Source of the DNA: Ophelia neglecta
Taxonomy: Eukaryota
Length of the DNA stretch: 64,000 nucleotides
Assembly: GCA_965285935.1 (NCBI GenBank)
Contig: OZ260662.1
Coordinates: 64,790,001 to 64,854,000, forward strand
Reading direction: 5' to 3'
A program made the position numbers and the translations under genes. Below the pieces are notes generated by a model that saw only the letters and a program-made list of their open reading frames with translations, had not been told where the DNA came from and did not search any database. How positions within the stretch are numbered: the first letter of the stretch is position 1; each line of letters opens with the position of its first letter. Below, one piece after another: positions 23,901-38,700 of the stretch.

Positions 23901-26229
23901 TCCGATTCTGCAATTCCTGTTATGAAATGCGCTGCCGAGCTCTCGCCTTTCATGCACAAATATGTGTCGTTTCTATGGGCGGAAATGAGCTAAGGACTTA
24001 GTATTTACTTTAATGGACATTCATTTGGCAGCGCAGAGTTCTTCTCCCCACCAACCATTTTTTTCCAGTCGTCTGCCACTGAAGGCCAAGCGCCTTATTT
24101 CTGGTTGCTGACAAACATATGTCAGCCATCTCACGCTCCAAGCCATTACATCACAGACACTATTTCCTCCCGATTTATGCTATTTTGCGTTGAACAATAA
24201 GCCACTTAATCTATTTCAGCTCGGAGGTCGAGTAGTAAGGACCTTTACTTAATATGGAAGGTGTCTAAGATTTTTCAACTGGGAACGCTATCAATTCAGC
24301 TATTGTATTAAATAAGAGTATGCTTTCTTGCACATTTCTTTTCAAATACCAAAAAGAAGAGGGTGATTCGTATCTAAATAATGATCAACAAATTCGGTCT
24401 CAAGGCATGAATAATGTTTTATTCAAACGTTTACTTGTACCGTGAAACGCATTGCATTTTTTGACACATTCTATTTTATAAGTTATGCCTCTAAATCAGT
24501 TTTTTGGGTCAGATACTCCTGGAAAACATTGGACACATATCATTCTAATTTGTTACTTAAAAATGTTCCCTTACATTATATGTGTTTTCTCTTTCTTTTC
24601 AGAGTTCATACTACTCTAAGCTGGAGAAGGCTGATATTCTGGAAATGACCGTGAAATATCTCAAGAACATGAAAAGGCAGCAATTGGCGGGTAAGAAAAA
24701 TCAGAACAATTCTCCTTTAACATAATCACAGCCAGAAAACTCACCCAATTACTCTCAACCACTGACAATGTCACTACCATTAGGCTTCAAAGTTTGAAAG
24801 CCACAAATCAAACTTTTGGGGCGAATAGTAATATAAAGACGTGAAATTCATCAGCCACAGCCATTAAGGAAAGTTTATTACAAAATTACTGAAACTGTTG
24901 TGTCGGTTACAAAGGAGTGCTAGCAACTGAAGTTAACAAATGGTTTCCAGCACGCCAGAGCCTAGTAAATCGATCATTTTCATATCTTGCTCTTGTTCTC
25001 GTTTGTGTTGATGCCTGTTTTACGAGGAGATGATGGATATGGGACGTTGGCTTGGTTTTTCAATCCGTTTATGTTGACCAGCCGTTTCTCCACCAATTCC
25101 TCTGTTTAAATAGATAATTTTCTTTGAGGTGTCTGGTTTGATGCCCGTTTTAATCAATTTGCACGAAAATTATTCTAAGGAGGCGCTGCCAAATTCCTGC
25201 AAAATACAATTTGATCAAAATCTCATAAACTGTCAGCCAACTGAGCTTTTTTATCTACAAAGTGCAGCTCGTAACTGGTTTCCATGTTTTTACCAGGTGT
25301 TGGATAATTATCACATTTCATGATATATGTTCATATCTTTCTTTACAGTCGCCATGGCTAATGATCCGTCGGTGGTCAGCAAGTACATAGCTGGATTCAA
25401 CGAATGTACTACAGAAGTGACAAAGTATCTTGGAGGCATGGACGGCCTTACAACTGAGATGAGAAGTCGGTTGATGGGACACTTGGCCGACTGTCTCCAG
25501 AGACAGTTCACCCTTAATCAGCCGTCCAACTGCAACCAGAACCTGGCAAGCGGGCCTCAGAGCCTGGGTGTACAGCTACCCACTGCCACTCAGCTGAATA
25601 GCTTACCCGGCTCGGGCGGAGTTTGTCTCCTCAGCCCTGGTAATGGCAACCCCCAGATACAAACCATCCCAGCCTCACCCATGCAGCTGGTACCTGCCAA
25701 ACTACCAAACGGAGACCTAGTATTCCTGCTGACCAATCCTTCGCAGGTTCTGGCCAACTCCACTGCCAATGGCGTGTCGGTAGTCTCTGCCTTGCAGACT
25801 ACCAATTCATGCGCCCAGCCGATAATCAACCTGAGCTCGGCTCAACAGAGCAATGTTATAAATACTTCAGGGATGACTACCGTTTCTACTTTGGGGCTTT
25901 CCGCTCTCTCTCCTTCCCCTGCCATCGCGGTTGCTCCTAACAGACAACAGGAGCAGAACAACAACGTCCTGCCAGCCGTCCTCATCCAAGCCACCGAAAC
26001 TTCTACCCCCACCACACCAATCAAGGAGGAGCAGACAGAATCTGCCAGCTCTTCCCCAGTGTCGTCTGCTTCCTCAGAGAGGGTAACACCTCAATCGTCA
26101 TACTCTCATGTCTCAGCCCCGCGTCCCCGGGAAATGGAGGAGGAGGAACAAGACCGGCTTAACAACAATAACAACATCCTCCATAATGAGGTTGCTCCGG
26201 ATGAAGGTCCAATGTGGAGACCGTGGTAG
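17872..26229 (+). CDS. HES: HES-A: Hairy/E(spl)-family bHLH-Orange-WRPW transcriptional repressor, join(17872..17931,19607..19702,24603..24690,25349..26229), 374 aa
   Basis: Spliced translation MDDSVSGTLKKEKSAAEIRK|SNKPLMEKRRRERINNCLDQLKSILMEVTKKE|SSYYSKLEKADILEMTVKYLKNMKRQQLA|V... followed by an Orange domain (KYIAGFNECTTEVTKYL...RLMGHLADCL), a hairy-type MQLVPAKLPNGDLVFLL motif and terminal WRPW-stop. All introns are GT..AG, phases 0/0/1. The 96-nt and 88-nt internal exons match the typical HES1-like gene structure. The basic region has the diagnostic Pro (HES, not Hey). An in-frame stop at 17821 fixes the start ATG. Exact orthology cannot be assigned here. Confidence 0.95.
19607..19702 (+). 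CDS. HES-A coding exon 2 (basic region + helix 1)
   Basis: ttccag| acceptor, 96 nt, SNKPLMEKRRRERINNCLDQLKSILMEVTKKE, GAG|gtaaat donor. Confidence 0.95.
24603..24690 (+). CDS. HES-A coding exon 3 (loop + helix 2)
   Basis: ttttcag| acceptor after a polypyrimidine tract, 88 nt, SSYYSKLEKADILEMTVKYLKNMKRQQLA+G, |gtaaga donor. Confidence 0.95.
25349..26229 (+). CDS. HES-A coding exon 4 (Orange domain, S/T/P/Q/N-rich region, WRPW)
   Basis: tttacag| acceptor, phase 1 compatible with exon 3; corresponds to track ORF 25327..26229; ends ...GPMWRPW*. Confidence 0.96.
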
Positions 26230-26710
26230 AGGTCAACATGGCAAAGATGCTAAATAAACTGTGTTATGTTGACATTTCAGAACTTGTTATGTTCACTTGA
26301 CTGCGAGGTGTGATACAATGTGTGATAGCTATTATTTTTTATACACTGTTTTTAGTTAACTCGGTATTTATAGGACAAACACATATGAAAGGGTCTCGTC
26401 ATATATCTTTGATATTGAGATTGACATTCGGAGTCCAACACCAAATGATCATTTCCTATATTTAATCCAAACTATTATATTTTATTAAAATGAATCTGAA
26501 TACATGGCTAACTCGCAAAAAAACCCTAAATTTTTAAATCATTATCCTTTCTAATAAACACCCATGTATTTCTAATTTTATGCTTAGCTTTAAGTAGCTT
26601 TATTTTGACAAATCTTTTTTTGTGTCATATGATTATCGTAGGCCTATGTTCAATTAATCTCATTGCAAATAAAATGTGCCCATTTCATCTGCTTCAGGGA
26701 ATAAACTATG
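26230..26710 (+). promoter_or_regulatory. HES-A 3' UTR with 2 K boxes, 2 Brd boxes and several AATAAA signals
   Basis: TGTGATA 26309 and 26321; AGCTTTA 26586 and 26596; AATAAA 26253, 26553, 26668, 26700. Confidence 0.6.
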
Positions 26711-29700
26711 AATTTATTACTTAATCACAGTCGTTCAAGTTATTTTAATTTTGTAGAAGAAAAAGTAGTATTAATGTTGAGCCTGCTGGCCTATAACTCG
26801 CTCAACAATAAAATATATCAAAGAAATCTTGAAATAAACCAACGAATTCTTTCGATTTCCTCATATTTAAAAGTAGGAGGCACTTTGGCAGATTATTGGA
26901 AGTAAACGAAACAGAAAAAACACTAAATAAATAGACATATCCTGAAACAAATGTCTGAATTAAACATCAACCAGCTCGATCTCTCCGGTTAGTTTCCGAG
27001 TTCGTGCCATACTCACTTCACGCATGCGTACACCTTGCTGCTGTTTGGGGAGCTGACATTAACCGTCCATATTCCCGTTGGAAATCAGTGCAGTAAACCA
27101 TTACTGTCTGAAGTTTGTTTGCATAATTAGAAGGTTACCATGTTTAATGAATTCCAACGAGAGTTTGATGTCGTTTAATTGTGCAAATTAAATCTAAAAG
27201 TAGATATTTCAATTCCCCATGAGATTCCCCTATGTAGAGAAGGTACCATTTTGAGGTTGGTTGCTTTCACAAACGATTGTAAATAGAGATGGGGGTTGGC
27301 AAGTATGTTATCCAAATGTAATCTTGATTTGTTCAGACTTAATCAAAAGAGAGTTTAAACCGTTTGATTACAGTAAGGATTATATCAAGGGCCCTTTTGA
27401 ACATTTTAAATGGAATATACAAAAGGTTAAATGATTTTAATTAGATGACCCTTTATCGGACGCCAAATAATATGTTTGAACATTCGTAAGATACCAACAC
27501 AGATAGCATTTAACTAGTAAAGTCAATATATACTTGTTCGCTCTCTTCTGCACACCTGAATCTACCCTGGTATACAGTTCTAAACTGCTTGTGAAAAACT
27601 GCGCGTTCACATATTTGAAATTGCAAAACGTTAACAAACTTTAAGTAGAGCTTAAGTTAGGCAGTCATTTTCACAAAACATTCAACGCGTCAAAAGTAAA
27701 TTTAGATACATTTGTTTCCTTTGGGTGTTTTTGCTATTGTTGCAGGGCTGATGACTCTGTGAGTTAAAAATAAGGTTTTTATATTCATGCGTCAACCAGT
27801 TTATTTGGTAACAACACATTGTTCGCAGTTAATGTGTTTCTGAATCCAGGTATTGCAAAAAGAATCTACCAAGTGGGTAGTATTATTTCATTTTCATGAT
27901 GACAGAAGAGAAAGTGATTGTGTGATTAGCCCATATGGTAGACAGGTATGTCTCCAATATCACTTTTGCTTTCACAAACAAAGATCCCCTGATACCAGAT
28001 ATTTTATTGCCCACCATTCAAGAGCAGGTATACAGCTCAAGTTGAATTGCCACAAATTTGGTTTTTTTAATCAAGGTTTTTGGTGCATTGTGTTACAAAC
28101 ACTTTCCTTGGAGTACAAACAATGCTCCCTGGTTAACATTACCTTAAGAAAATATAAAAAATGATCAGAAATATAAATGTAAGCTGCGTGTAAACTGTTC
28201 GTTTCACAATCGACTTAGCCGCCCATTCCCAGGTGAGTTTTCAATGTGATGTTGGTGGGTAGCGCCTTGAGTTTATTGGAGGCGGGTATCACAGCTGTGT
28301 TTGTGGACGTCAGTGGCTAATAGGATTTATTCACCAGTATGTTTACTAACACCCTTTAGGAGACCAGGTAATTTTCCTTTACAATGTATTTATTGCCCGC
28401 AGAATGCTCTCCGCCAAGACATGGTTTACGCCAAAGTAGGGAATTCATAAACAGCAATGTATGGTCCAACTCGTTCATTCTTTATTGCATGTATGGTTCT
28501 TTAAGTGCTGCTAGTGATATCCCCTATAGAACTAAACTATTCCTCAAAAGCAACCAACACTTAAAAGGGAAATAAGATAATGCAATATTTTACTCAATCG
28601 TGGTCAAGTCTTTTTCCCACGACCGAAATGCTTATAATTTTATGGTATGTTCATTCGAAAATGTTTTATTATCTAAATGATGCTATATGAAAACTTCAAA
28701 CCCACCGCCAAAGTGACAAATTATGTGTGTGTGTGATGAGGATGGCCTGACAATGAGCGATGGAAGGCCACACGGAGGATGATGGACCAAGCCTGAAACC
28801 CATTTCAACCCTCTTCGTGTCTTTTCTTCACCATCTGTAAAGTGAAACGCACTTTGAAGTGAGAAGAATTATATCAGCCATCAGGGTCAACACGCCCCTA
28901 TTCTATGTACTTCTCACTTATTGGTGAGAAATGACACTGCCATTATCCGCTAAATGCCTCTTTTCTATGGTTCTTCTTTGCAATTAATTAAAATGGTTCC
29001 CCATATGTATTCTGGAAACGCCTTCGACATCGTAGCAAGGCGCCGAAATGTTGATACAGTTGACGCCATATCTGCGAAACTTATGGTAGGATGAATTGTA
29101 TCTGCCACCCTTGTAACACTCCAAACGTCCCGTACATCATACTTCTCTGTCAAAAGTCCTACCGAAGATAATGAAATTTGTCAGAGTCGTCCTTCTCGGA
29201 ATTGAATCCCGTCGCGTTTAAAATGATTTTCTTCAAATGTCGTCTGCAACGAGACCGAGTTGATCTAAAGTTAACAGCTTGGGGCCTGGGACACGCGGGG
29301 GTTCTCGGCCTTCTCCGACCGTCCACGTCCCATAAACTATGTTTCTCGGTTGAACCTACTTTGACACTTTAGAGTCTAAAACCACCTTATACCACATCGA
29401 AAAGACTGATACTATTAGATTTTAGGAGAGTTTTAAAATATTTACATTTTTCAGGCTCGTTTAGAATCTTTTTCACAATATGCACATTGTTCGATTGTTT
29501 TAGAAGTATAAGTTTTGTTCAATCATTATTAAATAAACTACCTCTAACAAAGGATGTTGCACATTCAGTTTGCTGCCAATGTATTTGACGGCTACTCACG
29601 TCATTCCCGTTGTACTTGCAGTGTATAGTAAATTAAAGCATATTCCCATTGATGTACACAAATATAGTGCCACTTTGCTTCGAAACGTATGAACATTCTT

Positions 29701-32700
29701 ATGCATTTTTACAATCATTCTCACGCCAATCGTTCAGTCGTGATAGTTAGCATGTCAATTAAAATTGTCTTGAAAGCTTAGCCGAATTCTCACATTAACA
29801 AAGCAGAATGCGAAATTTTTATTCCATATTACCAGGTTGTTTTGGGTTCCATTGATGCTCCGAACAATTACATAGATTTTGTGGCTATTGGACAGTACAT
29901 CATAGGTATGAATGCAAAGAAATTGGCATTGTCTTGAACATATCATCTTGACACACAGGTATATATATAAAATCAGATCATGTGTAGATCTAGACATGAG
30001 AGGGGTTTGTAACCTTGGTCATGAGGTGCACGGGCAAGACGCGAGCCAGAAGAACGCCTGTGTGCTTGTCGAGACCGCTACCTGAGGGGTCGGCGTCTTC
30101 AAAGGTTGGCGTGCATTAATACGTCCAATATACCTAGCTATTGTCCTAATCGCTACAAGCCTGATTCAATACGCTGCCTGCTTGAACCCAGTCCTTCTCA
30201 CCATTTTATACTCCAAGTCGCTAAGACCCCCACGCCTTGCCGTCTTAATACCCATAGGCACTTCTGGTCAGATCTCACGGAATGAGAAATCCCTAGCACA
30301 AATAAAGGAAAATACCAGTTTTGTTTGCGGCAAATAGGAGATTAGAAAGTCTTACGACTTTCACCCGTAACCACAGCCAAACCTGATCACGCCGAAATGT
30401 TTCGAATAAGTCAAAGCCTGCAGGCTTATTTCTAGTGAAAAGAACAAACAGAGTTCTAAGAGAAATCTTACCAAAGGTATGGCAGATCACACTTTGTTAA
30501 TCTGTCCGGGGTTAAATGGTATTGGTTCGTTGTGTATTATAATATCCCCCTAAGCTCGCGCCGAGCACGTGGGGGAATGGGAGTGTGGGGAATGCTTCTC
30601 ACAGCTTATCAAAATAAAGTATCTGTCCAGGGCTGTAAAAGAGGCGACAAAGAATAACATTGCGAAAAAATTACCAGTAGAAAGGTGTGCCAACATAGAA
30701 ATCGGTTGACCGCTCGAGTTTTCTAAGTGTTTGGCGCGGCCTTACGTTTTAAATAACAACACGTTGCGTAATTGTCCGTCAGTAACAGTCACAGTAATTT
30801 TAAAAATAAGTTAATCTAGGACCACTCGAATGAACCTGATTAAACAACATGTACATTTTGTCTGTTGGTTCTGAGTGTCGAGGCAAGTACCCTTAAATTA
30901 CACTTTCAAACGCACTGTTAAGAGTAATGAAATCTCAACCGTCTCTCGACCAGTGCAGAGGGCTTCATACCCTCATGATTACACCGCTGATGGTCGTGTT
31001 TTCAATGTGCAAAGGACAACTGCAAATAATATGGTAGAATAATGTTGATTTATAATTAAAAGCGTAAACTCATAAGGGACAACGAGCGTTTTCCTTGGGT
31101 GGAGTTAGACAAGGTTTGCTAATAGTGTTTTGGAAGGGGCAGTCAAAGGAAATCTTGAAAGACAACAGATGTTAGCGGCTCCTAACAAAAACTCGGCTAT
31201 ACAGCAGCTTGTTGTTTAGTCATCCTTAGACATTTTAAGGACAGATAATTACTCAGCTTCACGGTTACAATTGACCCTGATTTTGTTGCCGCTCACCATG
31301 CTCTCTGATCAGACAGGCTATCTAGGCACCAATAGAGGGGTTGGTATATAGACTGAGGGCAAAAATTACGTCTCGTCGGTTCGGACTGAACACAGCCCGC
31401 GGCATAAACCACCGTGTAATGGCCGCCGACATAGCAAGAATTAAAGAAATTAAAGAAGGACGGTTTGACTTCGGCGTTCCCCGCGGGCTCAAAAGGCGGT
31501 GAAATAATTTCTAGCGCCGTCATTATGGGGTGTAGACAGGGAAATAAGTAATTATATCCTAGGCACCCTACTGATAAAAGTGTTTTTCTGTATGGGGACG
31601 AGGTGCAGAGAAGGCAATCCAGATAAAGGAATCAATGGTGAAAGCGCTAACTATAGGACACAGTTGGAAATTATCTTTTCTTGTCCGACAAAGAGATTTC
31701 TGCCCCGTCTGTCCACACCTTTAGACGCCAGTCACCAGATCTCACTGCTGGTCAGCGAAAACCTTCAAGTTGACAGTCAAACTATCTGTTCCTGGCCAGA
31801 CGAAACCGACACTTTATTAGGGGAACAATGGCAAGTAAAGTGTCCTTGGTGCTGGCCTGTCATTGAGATCCGTCAGCAGTCAATCTGAGTCACTATCTGT
31901 GGGATAACCCTCAGTTAACCTTTGTTAACTCTCACACTTGGGGACGGGTCTCCCTGAAACCTTTGACGAACAGCATTCACCGAGAGAACAACACCCTCCA
32001 TTGACCTGTCCGGCCTGCCGCTAACTCCACATCTTTAATTGAATAGTTCAATGATGATACCCATTCAGACCTGATCAAACTGGAATTGGTGTGCCCAACA
32101 AAAATGTACAACACTGGTTTTCATTTCTAGAACTTCAAATAGCCATATTATTCTCTTGTCAGCTTGAGTCCCCTATATGGGAATTATCTGATGAAATTAC
32201 ATATGTTTTCGGCATCATAATGCCATGTTCGCCCTATAGGCTTCTATTTCAGGACATCTGCGCAATTTATATTCACTTATCAATCGTGCATATGAATCTT
32301 AGAAGATACTTGGACTCAGAATGCTTCAATTGCTCCACTGTTTCTCAATCGAGAATGGCTTTATATATTTTGTGCAATTGTATTTCTCTGTCACCTCAAC
32401 ACAAGTTCTGTCTTTGATAGCAAATGTCCATAGAACCATAGATATGTATAATGTATAAATGGATTCTCTATATCTATGCTAGAACACACACCCATCATCA
32501 ACATTTGACCAAGATCTAGACCAAGAGAAAATCAATTTCCCGGGAACAGGTTAACTGGCTCTCTGGCTTGCTGGCTATCAAAATGCGGATTGTACAGACA
32601 AATCATTTCATACAATGTAACTTGTCCGCATGATGATTGTCTATCTAGTCCCGTGCAGGCAGGCTATAAGAAATATTTACCATCTGTCTCCTTCTGCAAC

Positions 32701-35700
32701 TTGAGATCTCTCTTCTCCATCTTGTAGAGAGTATCTTACCACCTCGCCACAAACACCTCATTGAAAAATTTATTTCAACAGGTGGCCATTTGGCTATATC
32801 ATAAACCATCATGCATTAGGCCTATGTAGAACATTTCTGAGAAATCTCAGTCAACATCAATGTTCGTTTTAGTGCATGAAGTCATACCGCAATCGTGGTA
32901 TTCGTGGCGAATAGAATGGGTAGTTGAATTTGCCAAAAAAACCAACAATTCTAATTTGTTCGAAAGTTTTCATGTGTAAAGACGTTAGCAGTATACCATC
33001 CGATGATATCACCCTTTGTGCCAAAATAATCATGAATATTTTGATATCTCGCCCTGATTAGCTCACTTTTAATAGCTGATGTGTTTGTTAAGATGGCCCA
33101 AGGTTATAAGAGTCTCGATTCTGAATGTGTTTCATTCTTCTCAAACGCCAGGCAAGTTTTTATTCAATTTAACATCAGGAAAAAATGCATGGATCCATTG
33201 GTCGTGCGGGGAAAAATGCAAGAAAAGTGATTAAATAACATTCCACATCTGCAATTACAAGTTTTGTATCTATTTATTTGTAATAAAGGGTGGGGGAGAT
33301 TTCCATCACTTATGCATCATAAAAGGAGGGTTAATTTAATTATACCCCATTGATAATAATTTCATGGCCCTATATTTGGTTTTGATGCTCCCACCGGTAC
33401 ATTACTCTCAGTGCCATTAGAGAAACTGTGATCACCAGATCCAGGTATTAGAATGTCCCTTTGAAATGGAAAGTGGCCTCATTTAATGTTCATTTGCATC
33501 CATAGAGGGGTGATTCTCCGTGAAGATTCTCCACCGATATACAAGTTTCTCTCGCTCCGATGTGTAATATCGTCTGCGCATCCTTATCAATAGTTACCCG
33601 GCTATTGTGATATGACACAAAAATACCTTCTCTATCATTGAGGTTTGAAAAGAGGAGAAATGATGAATTCAGCTCTTGTCTGCGTTTGCCTCATCTTCAA
33701 CATGGTTACTTAACAAATTTTACACTACATTTACCCAAATGCTTTATATGCCAAGACCACTATTAGTGAGCTCAAAGCACTTAGCAATCTCGCATATGAT
33801 ATTAAACATTGACAATTCGAGGATTTTATGCCAAATTAGGGAGCCTATTTAAAGAGGAGAAATATGTGTCATTGACAGATGCTAAGCAGGAAAAGATGGG
33901 CCATGGTCTAATACATTTTAGAGACTTTTCGACCCCGCGTCTAGTTTCACCCCATTTATTCGAAGGACTCTGGTCAAAGGTTGTGGGCCTGGCAAACAGA
34001 AAGCCTCTTAGATACCACATCCAATGTCTGTAGACCACACCTGTGACACCATCAGGTTTCTCTTCTCATTTGCATCTTTTGAAACTTTGCCTAAAAATTG
34101 CAACAAGCTAACAAAAAATGTAATCGGGACTGTCTAAGTAATGATGCCAGCCATGTTCGACCCATCTGCCCAGTTTTATGAGAAATTCTGCAGAACAGCG
34201 GAGCTGTCACTTCGAGATCGGCCAGAACAATGTTGAGGGTGACAAGACACGACGAGGAGGAGGGGGCTTAGGGTGTTAACATTTAGGGTCTGGTTACCCC
34301 GCCCCTACCAGAAGACAAGTAGACACCCTAATCATTTACAACAGGAAACAATATGTTGGCCTCTTGTGCTCAAATTAGTAGAAAATGCCATTGGGGAGCG
34401 ACAAAGACCTGGGGTATTTATAATGCCATCATTTGCCGGTGAATGCCGTTGTATACGCTTGGACTACGTGGGAAGCCCACTTCTCTACCGGGCGGCTAGT
34501 TAAATCTCTGTTAAAGAGGGCAATTATACGGTGTATTTATCACCAGACGGCCCTCTGGCCATTCTTGTTCATCATATTCTATTTTGAACCAGCTTTCGGC
34601 TATTTAGCTTTAAATCATTTAGGATACGCTTCCTCACTTTCCACGTATTAACAAATTTAATTATTTTATCGATTTTACTTTCATAACTATTAGGTTCACT
34701 AATTGATATAAGAATATAATAAAAACATCAACGCTATATTCAAATATATAGGCGTTACAATCTGATTTTGTTCAACGCTCCTTGTTTGAGAGTAAATTGA
34801 GATTCACACACATTTAACATTTCATATGAGGTCCTCCCATATAAGTATGACAATCATGTACACTTCCTAAGTGAAGGGTTACAAACTTAATTCATTTATT
34901 GACAGAAAAGCCATTGGAAACCTTTAGTGATTTTACATTTTCGGTAAACACGGGAGAATAATGCAAGTCTATGCTTGCTTACTTTCTCACGATTATGATA
35001 TTTGATAAAGAAACATTCTCGTTTTACCTATAACCCCGAAATTCTAAGGTTTGATGATATCATATAGTTTTATGTAACTATGGATAATCAAATCGTAAAC
35101 CTTTTGAGAACAACCCACAATGATCTATTTTTCTTCAATTGAAAATGTCATACGTCTTAACAGGTAGGTCCTGTCAAAGAATACGACTGAGTCTATTGTT
35201 TGGCATCGTAATATGAATCAGTACATAATCAAAATCTACCCAAATAAGGCTTGAAGTTGACATTTGAGATTCTTTGGAGGAATTTCCACGTCTGTTGACA
35301 CAGCCGTATTTCAATTTGCTGCTTTAAGCGTACTTGTACTATGGCGATAATAGAGCCTGAAAATTCTGTCCATATCTTTCCTTTCCTGACCACTCTTTAC
35401 TAACTCCAGCCGTTATGCTAGAGGCCTACCAAAGGCGTCAACATTTACACCTTGAATACAACGCTACTGCTTCCCCTATTTTCTAATTGTCTCTCAAGTT
35501 TTATTAGTTGTCATGGAACACGCACTGCGAACAGCTACTGTTGGTACCAAGTGTGACACTACCAGCAAACCCGCTCCATAGAAAAAGTACGAGAATATTG
35601 TTGCCTTGTAAAATTGCGACATGACTAGTTACGCAATTCACCACAACCCTGCGTTTTTGTTCGTTGCCCTGGGGGTTCAAGCCGGGTCTTCTCCTCACAA

Positions 35701-38700
35701 AGCCATTTAAGACTGAGGTCGTGGGAATGAGGGCTGTTTATTGTAGAATCCAAACGTAAAAATATGCTCGTTCTTTAGACATGTTTTCTGTATCTTAGCA
35801 CATCTCCTGCCGCTTTATACCAATAAACACGTGCTCACGTTTCTTCTCGCGGCGTTTTCCATGTGCTTCAGATTAAGTCTTAGTTAATAGCACATTAAAA
35901 CTGCATTTCATTGTGTCTGACACGTAAATGTTGAAGGACGTGCATGGTATTCATTCTGACTATTAGGGGCCTGTGTATGGACTGGCAATCCCATGGTGCA
36001 CCAGGCATGCACTATAAATGCATGAAATGAATTCTGAATTACAGGCTGGCAGACCTATTTATGATATGACCGTCGTGGCTGAAAAAAGAACTTCACATCA
36101 TTATTAGCCTTATCGAAAATCAAAGTCACTTAGTTGCCTATCTGGATGGCAGAGTTGCCTAGAGGTGAAGGTAGAAATGATTACGACCAAACCTGATTTG
36201 GCTTCGATTTCCACCGATGAAAAGAACAAATCTCATATTGTTAATTTCGCTTTCATTTGTCCCATGAATGAGCTTTGTGGACTCTTAAAACACTTTCGAC
36301 CCGTGCGCATGTGCATGGGTATGTCTTCAACTCGTTTAAATTAGCAGTTATGAGCATTAATATAAACTAGAAATCTATATTTTTCACCAAAAAGTTAGAG
36401 AGGGTATTAAATGGTACTTTTGGACCTCGCCAGGGAGGAAAATAATTGACCAGATTTTTCTAATACAGGTGATAAAATTGCGTCGCAAAAGACTTATTAT
36501 CGCTCAGTCCAATTCGAGGATGATGACGTATTAATGCTAGCCGTTAAACAATGCTAGGCTATAATTATTTTTGCTCAGGCAAGCAAAGATAATGTGTTTA
36601 GTCGTTTCTTTGAACCTGTCATAAAGATAACTGAAAGGTACTGGTCCGATTTTTTGAATGTAGCCTAGGACCAAGCTCCCAAACGATTAACCTTTGTTTG
36701 ACACACTTTCAATATATAGGTCATGCCGCCATTTTGAAAATGTCAAATGCTCAGAGCTCAGCTGTTTATGTTCCGATTTCAAAAAGAAAGAAACAACACT
36801 TTATCCAGCAGTTCTTTTCGTTATAAAAAAATAACGTTGACCTACTTTCCAGATGTAACTCATGGATCAAGTTTGCACATTTCAAATGCTCATATGTCAG
36901 TTGTTTATCGTCTGATTTCAAAAAAAAAAGATACCAAATTATAGCCAGTCAAGGATAGTTTTTATCAAAAAGAATGGAGTCGTTCTCTTTATTCATTATT
37001 AATAAAAAGAGGAGCGGGCTGAGCAAAGCATGGTGTATCTGATTAGGTACACATTTCATTATGATTTTATCGACAATTCGGAACTATACGACAATAACAG
37101 TTGTTATCTCCATTCTCCACTTAAAAGACTTCATGTCCTTTTTTTTTACTTAACTCGGTGCATACTGCGCATGAGCTGGAAGCCTTGACTTAGAAATACT
37201 GAGTGCAAACTTTAAGGCTCTAACAAACTGTTAGTAGTAAACCGTAGCAGAAAATTTTTCAGTACTGAAATCAAATTTCAAGAAGACAGTTATACACGAT
37301 TTTATTACAGGTAAATTGCTGAAAAATAAGGTCGCAGGTCCATGCAAAGAATTCTTTTGCAGTGGAAATATTACCTGTTACCGGGAAACTAAACTGGCCC
37401 CTGACAGGTTGAAGGCGATCCGGGGCGGTTAAATGTGAAATTCTAATCAAGACGATATTTGTAGCAAATTTCTGGAAAACTGGAAACTAAAACCATCAAA
37501 AATGTTAGATATCTCTCTATCTCTCCATTGTATGATTCATGCAAGCAAAAAATGTTGATCGAGGCCTGATTGTTAGCAGTATAGGTAAATAATAAACAAT
37601 TGCCTCTTTGTTCCTTATTGCCATTGCTACTATCTGTCAGGAGCCGAGGACAAGATGTTTACAACAAAACATATGACACAACTTCACACGAATAGTGAAA
37701 TTAAATACTTTGGATAGCCTATCAAACCAAAAAGAAATAAAATATTGAAGAAACTTTTAAGCATATACAATAGCCGTATTTTATTGCTCTAAAATGATAA
37801 AATCAGATATCGCCTTTTGATTTTAAAGAAAAGGAGTTTTATTTAGTGGAGTTCGTGATAGATTGAGGTGAAATGCAATACATAAAAGAACGGAACTCTT
37901 TTAACAATAGTTTTCCCCGGGCAAACAATGATATATGGTGTTGGAATGTTTTAGACAGGGACTGCCTGGCAAAAAAAGTGTTAAGGTGTAACAATAAAAT
38001 AATAACAATGAGAAAACTTGAAAAAGTCTGGCAGGTAGATATAAGTTGATAACTGTTCCAAACAGGATTTGCTTTGTTTGCACCTGACATGCTGCACAAT
38101 TAAACAATATATCTTGCTAAAAATGGCAAAATAATCATGCGCTTGGGCCGGTACAGCAAAGTTTACTGTCATTATTCATATTTGGTGGCAGCTAGGTTTC
38201 TAGTGAAGAATGTGGTGAATTGCCTGAGTTTACTGGGAAAGTTTAATATGATTTTTTCATACACGCATACATACATACACACAAACAAACATGTTTGTGT
38301 GTGTTTGTATGACTAAAGATGACTTTATATGACCATATATGTGTCATATAAAAACGACAGCCTCGGATGGGTCTTGTATGGCGGTGAAGCACAGGCGAAC
38401 GAATTTTACTCTGGCCTTCATTATCTAATTGTATGAGTTAAAACCGGTTTATATTTGATTGGATGAGTCTCACAAGGCTTTTTAGCTTTATTTATAACCT
38501 GGACCGTTGAACTTTGTAGATATAGTCGCTTCCACCGCCCCAGCCCGAATTGCGAAGTAATGAATAACACCTGTTAATGCTTTTTTTCCTTGGGACAGTG
38601 CTGCTCTCCCTCAGAGGAACTGGAAAACCGACCATGAAATATAACATGGTTTAGTAGGGAGATGCATAAACATAAACCAAGCTATCATGCGCAATAGCTG

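Noticed and set aside
25590-26024. Antisense ORFs (79 and 60 aa) within HES-A exon 4, and 61195..61491 within HES-B
   Set aside because: Antisense shadows of real coding sequence
30568-30603. Possible Su(H) paired site (GTGGGGGAA...TTCTCACA)
   Set aside because: First site is non-consensus and spacing is about 18 bp; I found no canonical 15-17 bp paired site near either gene
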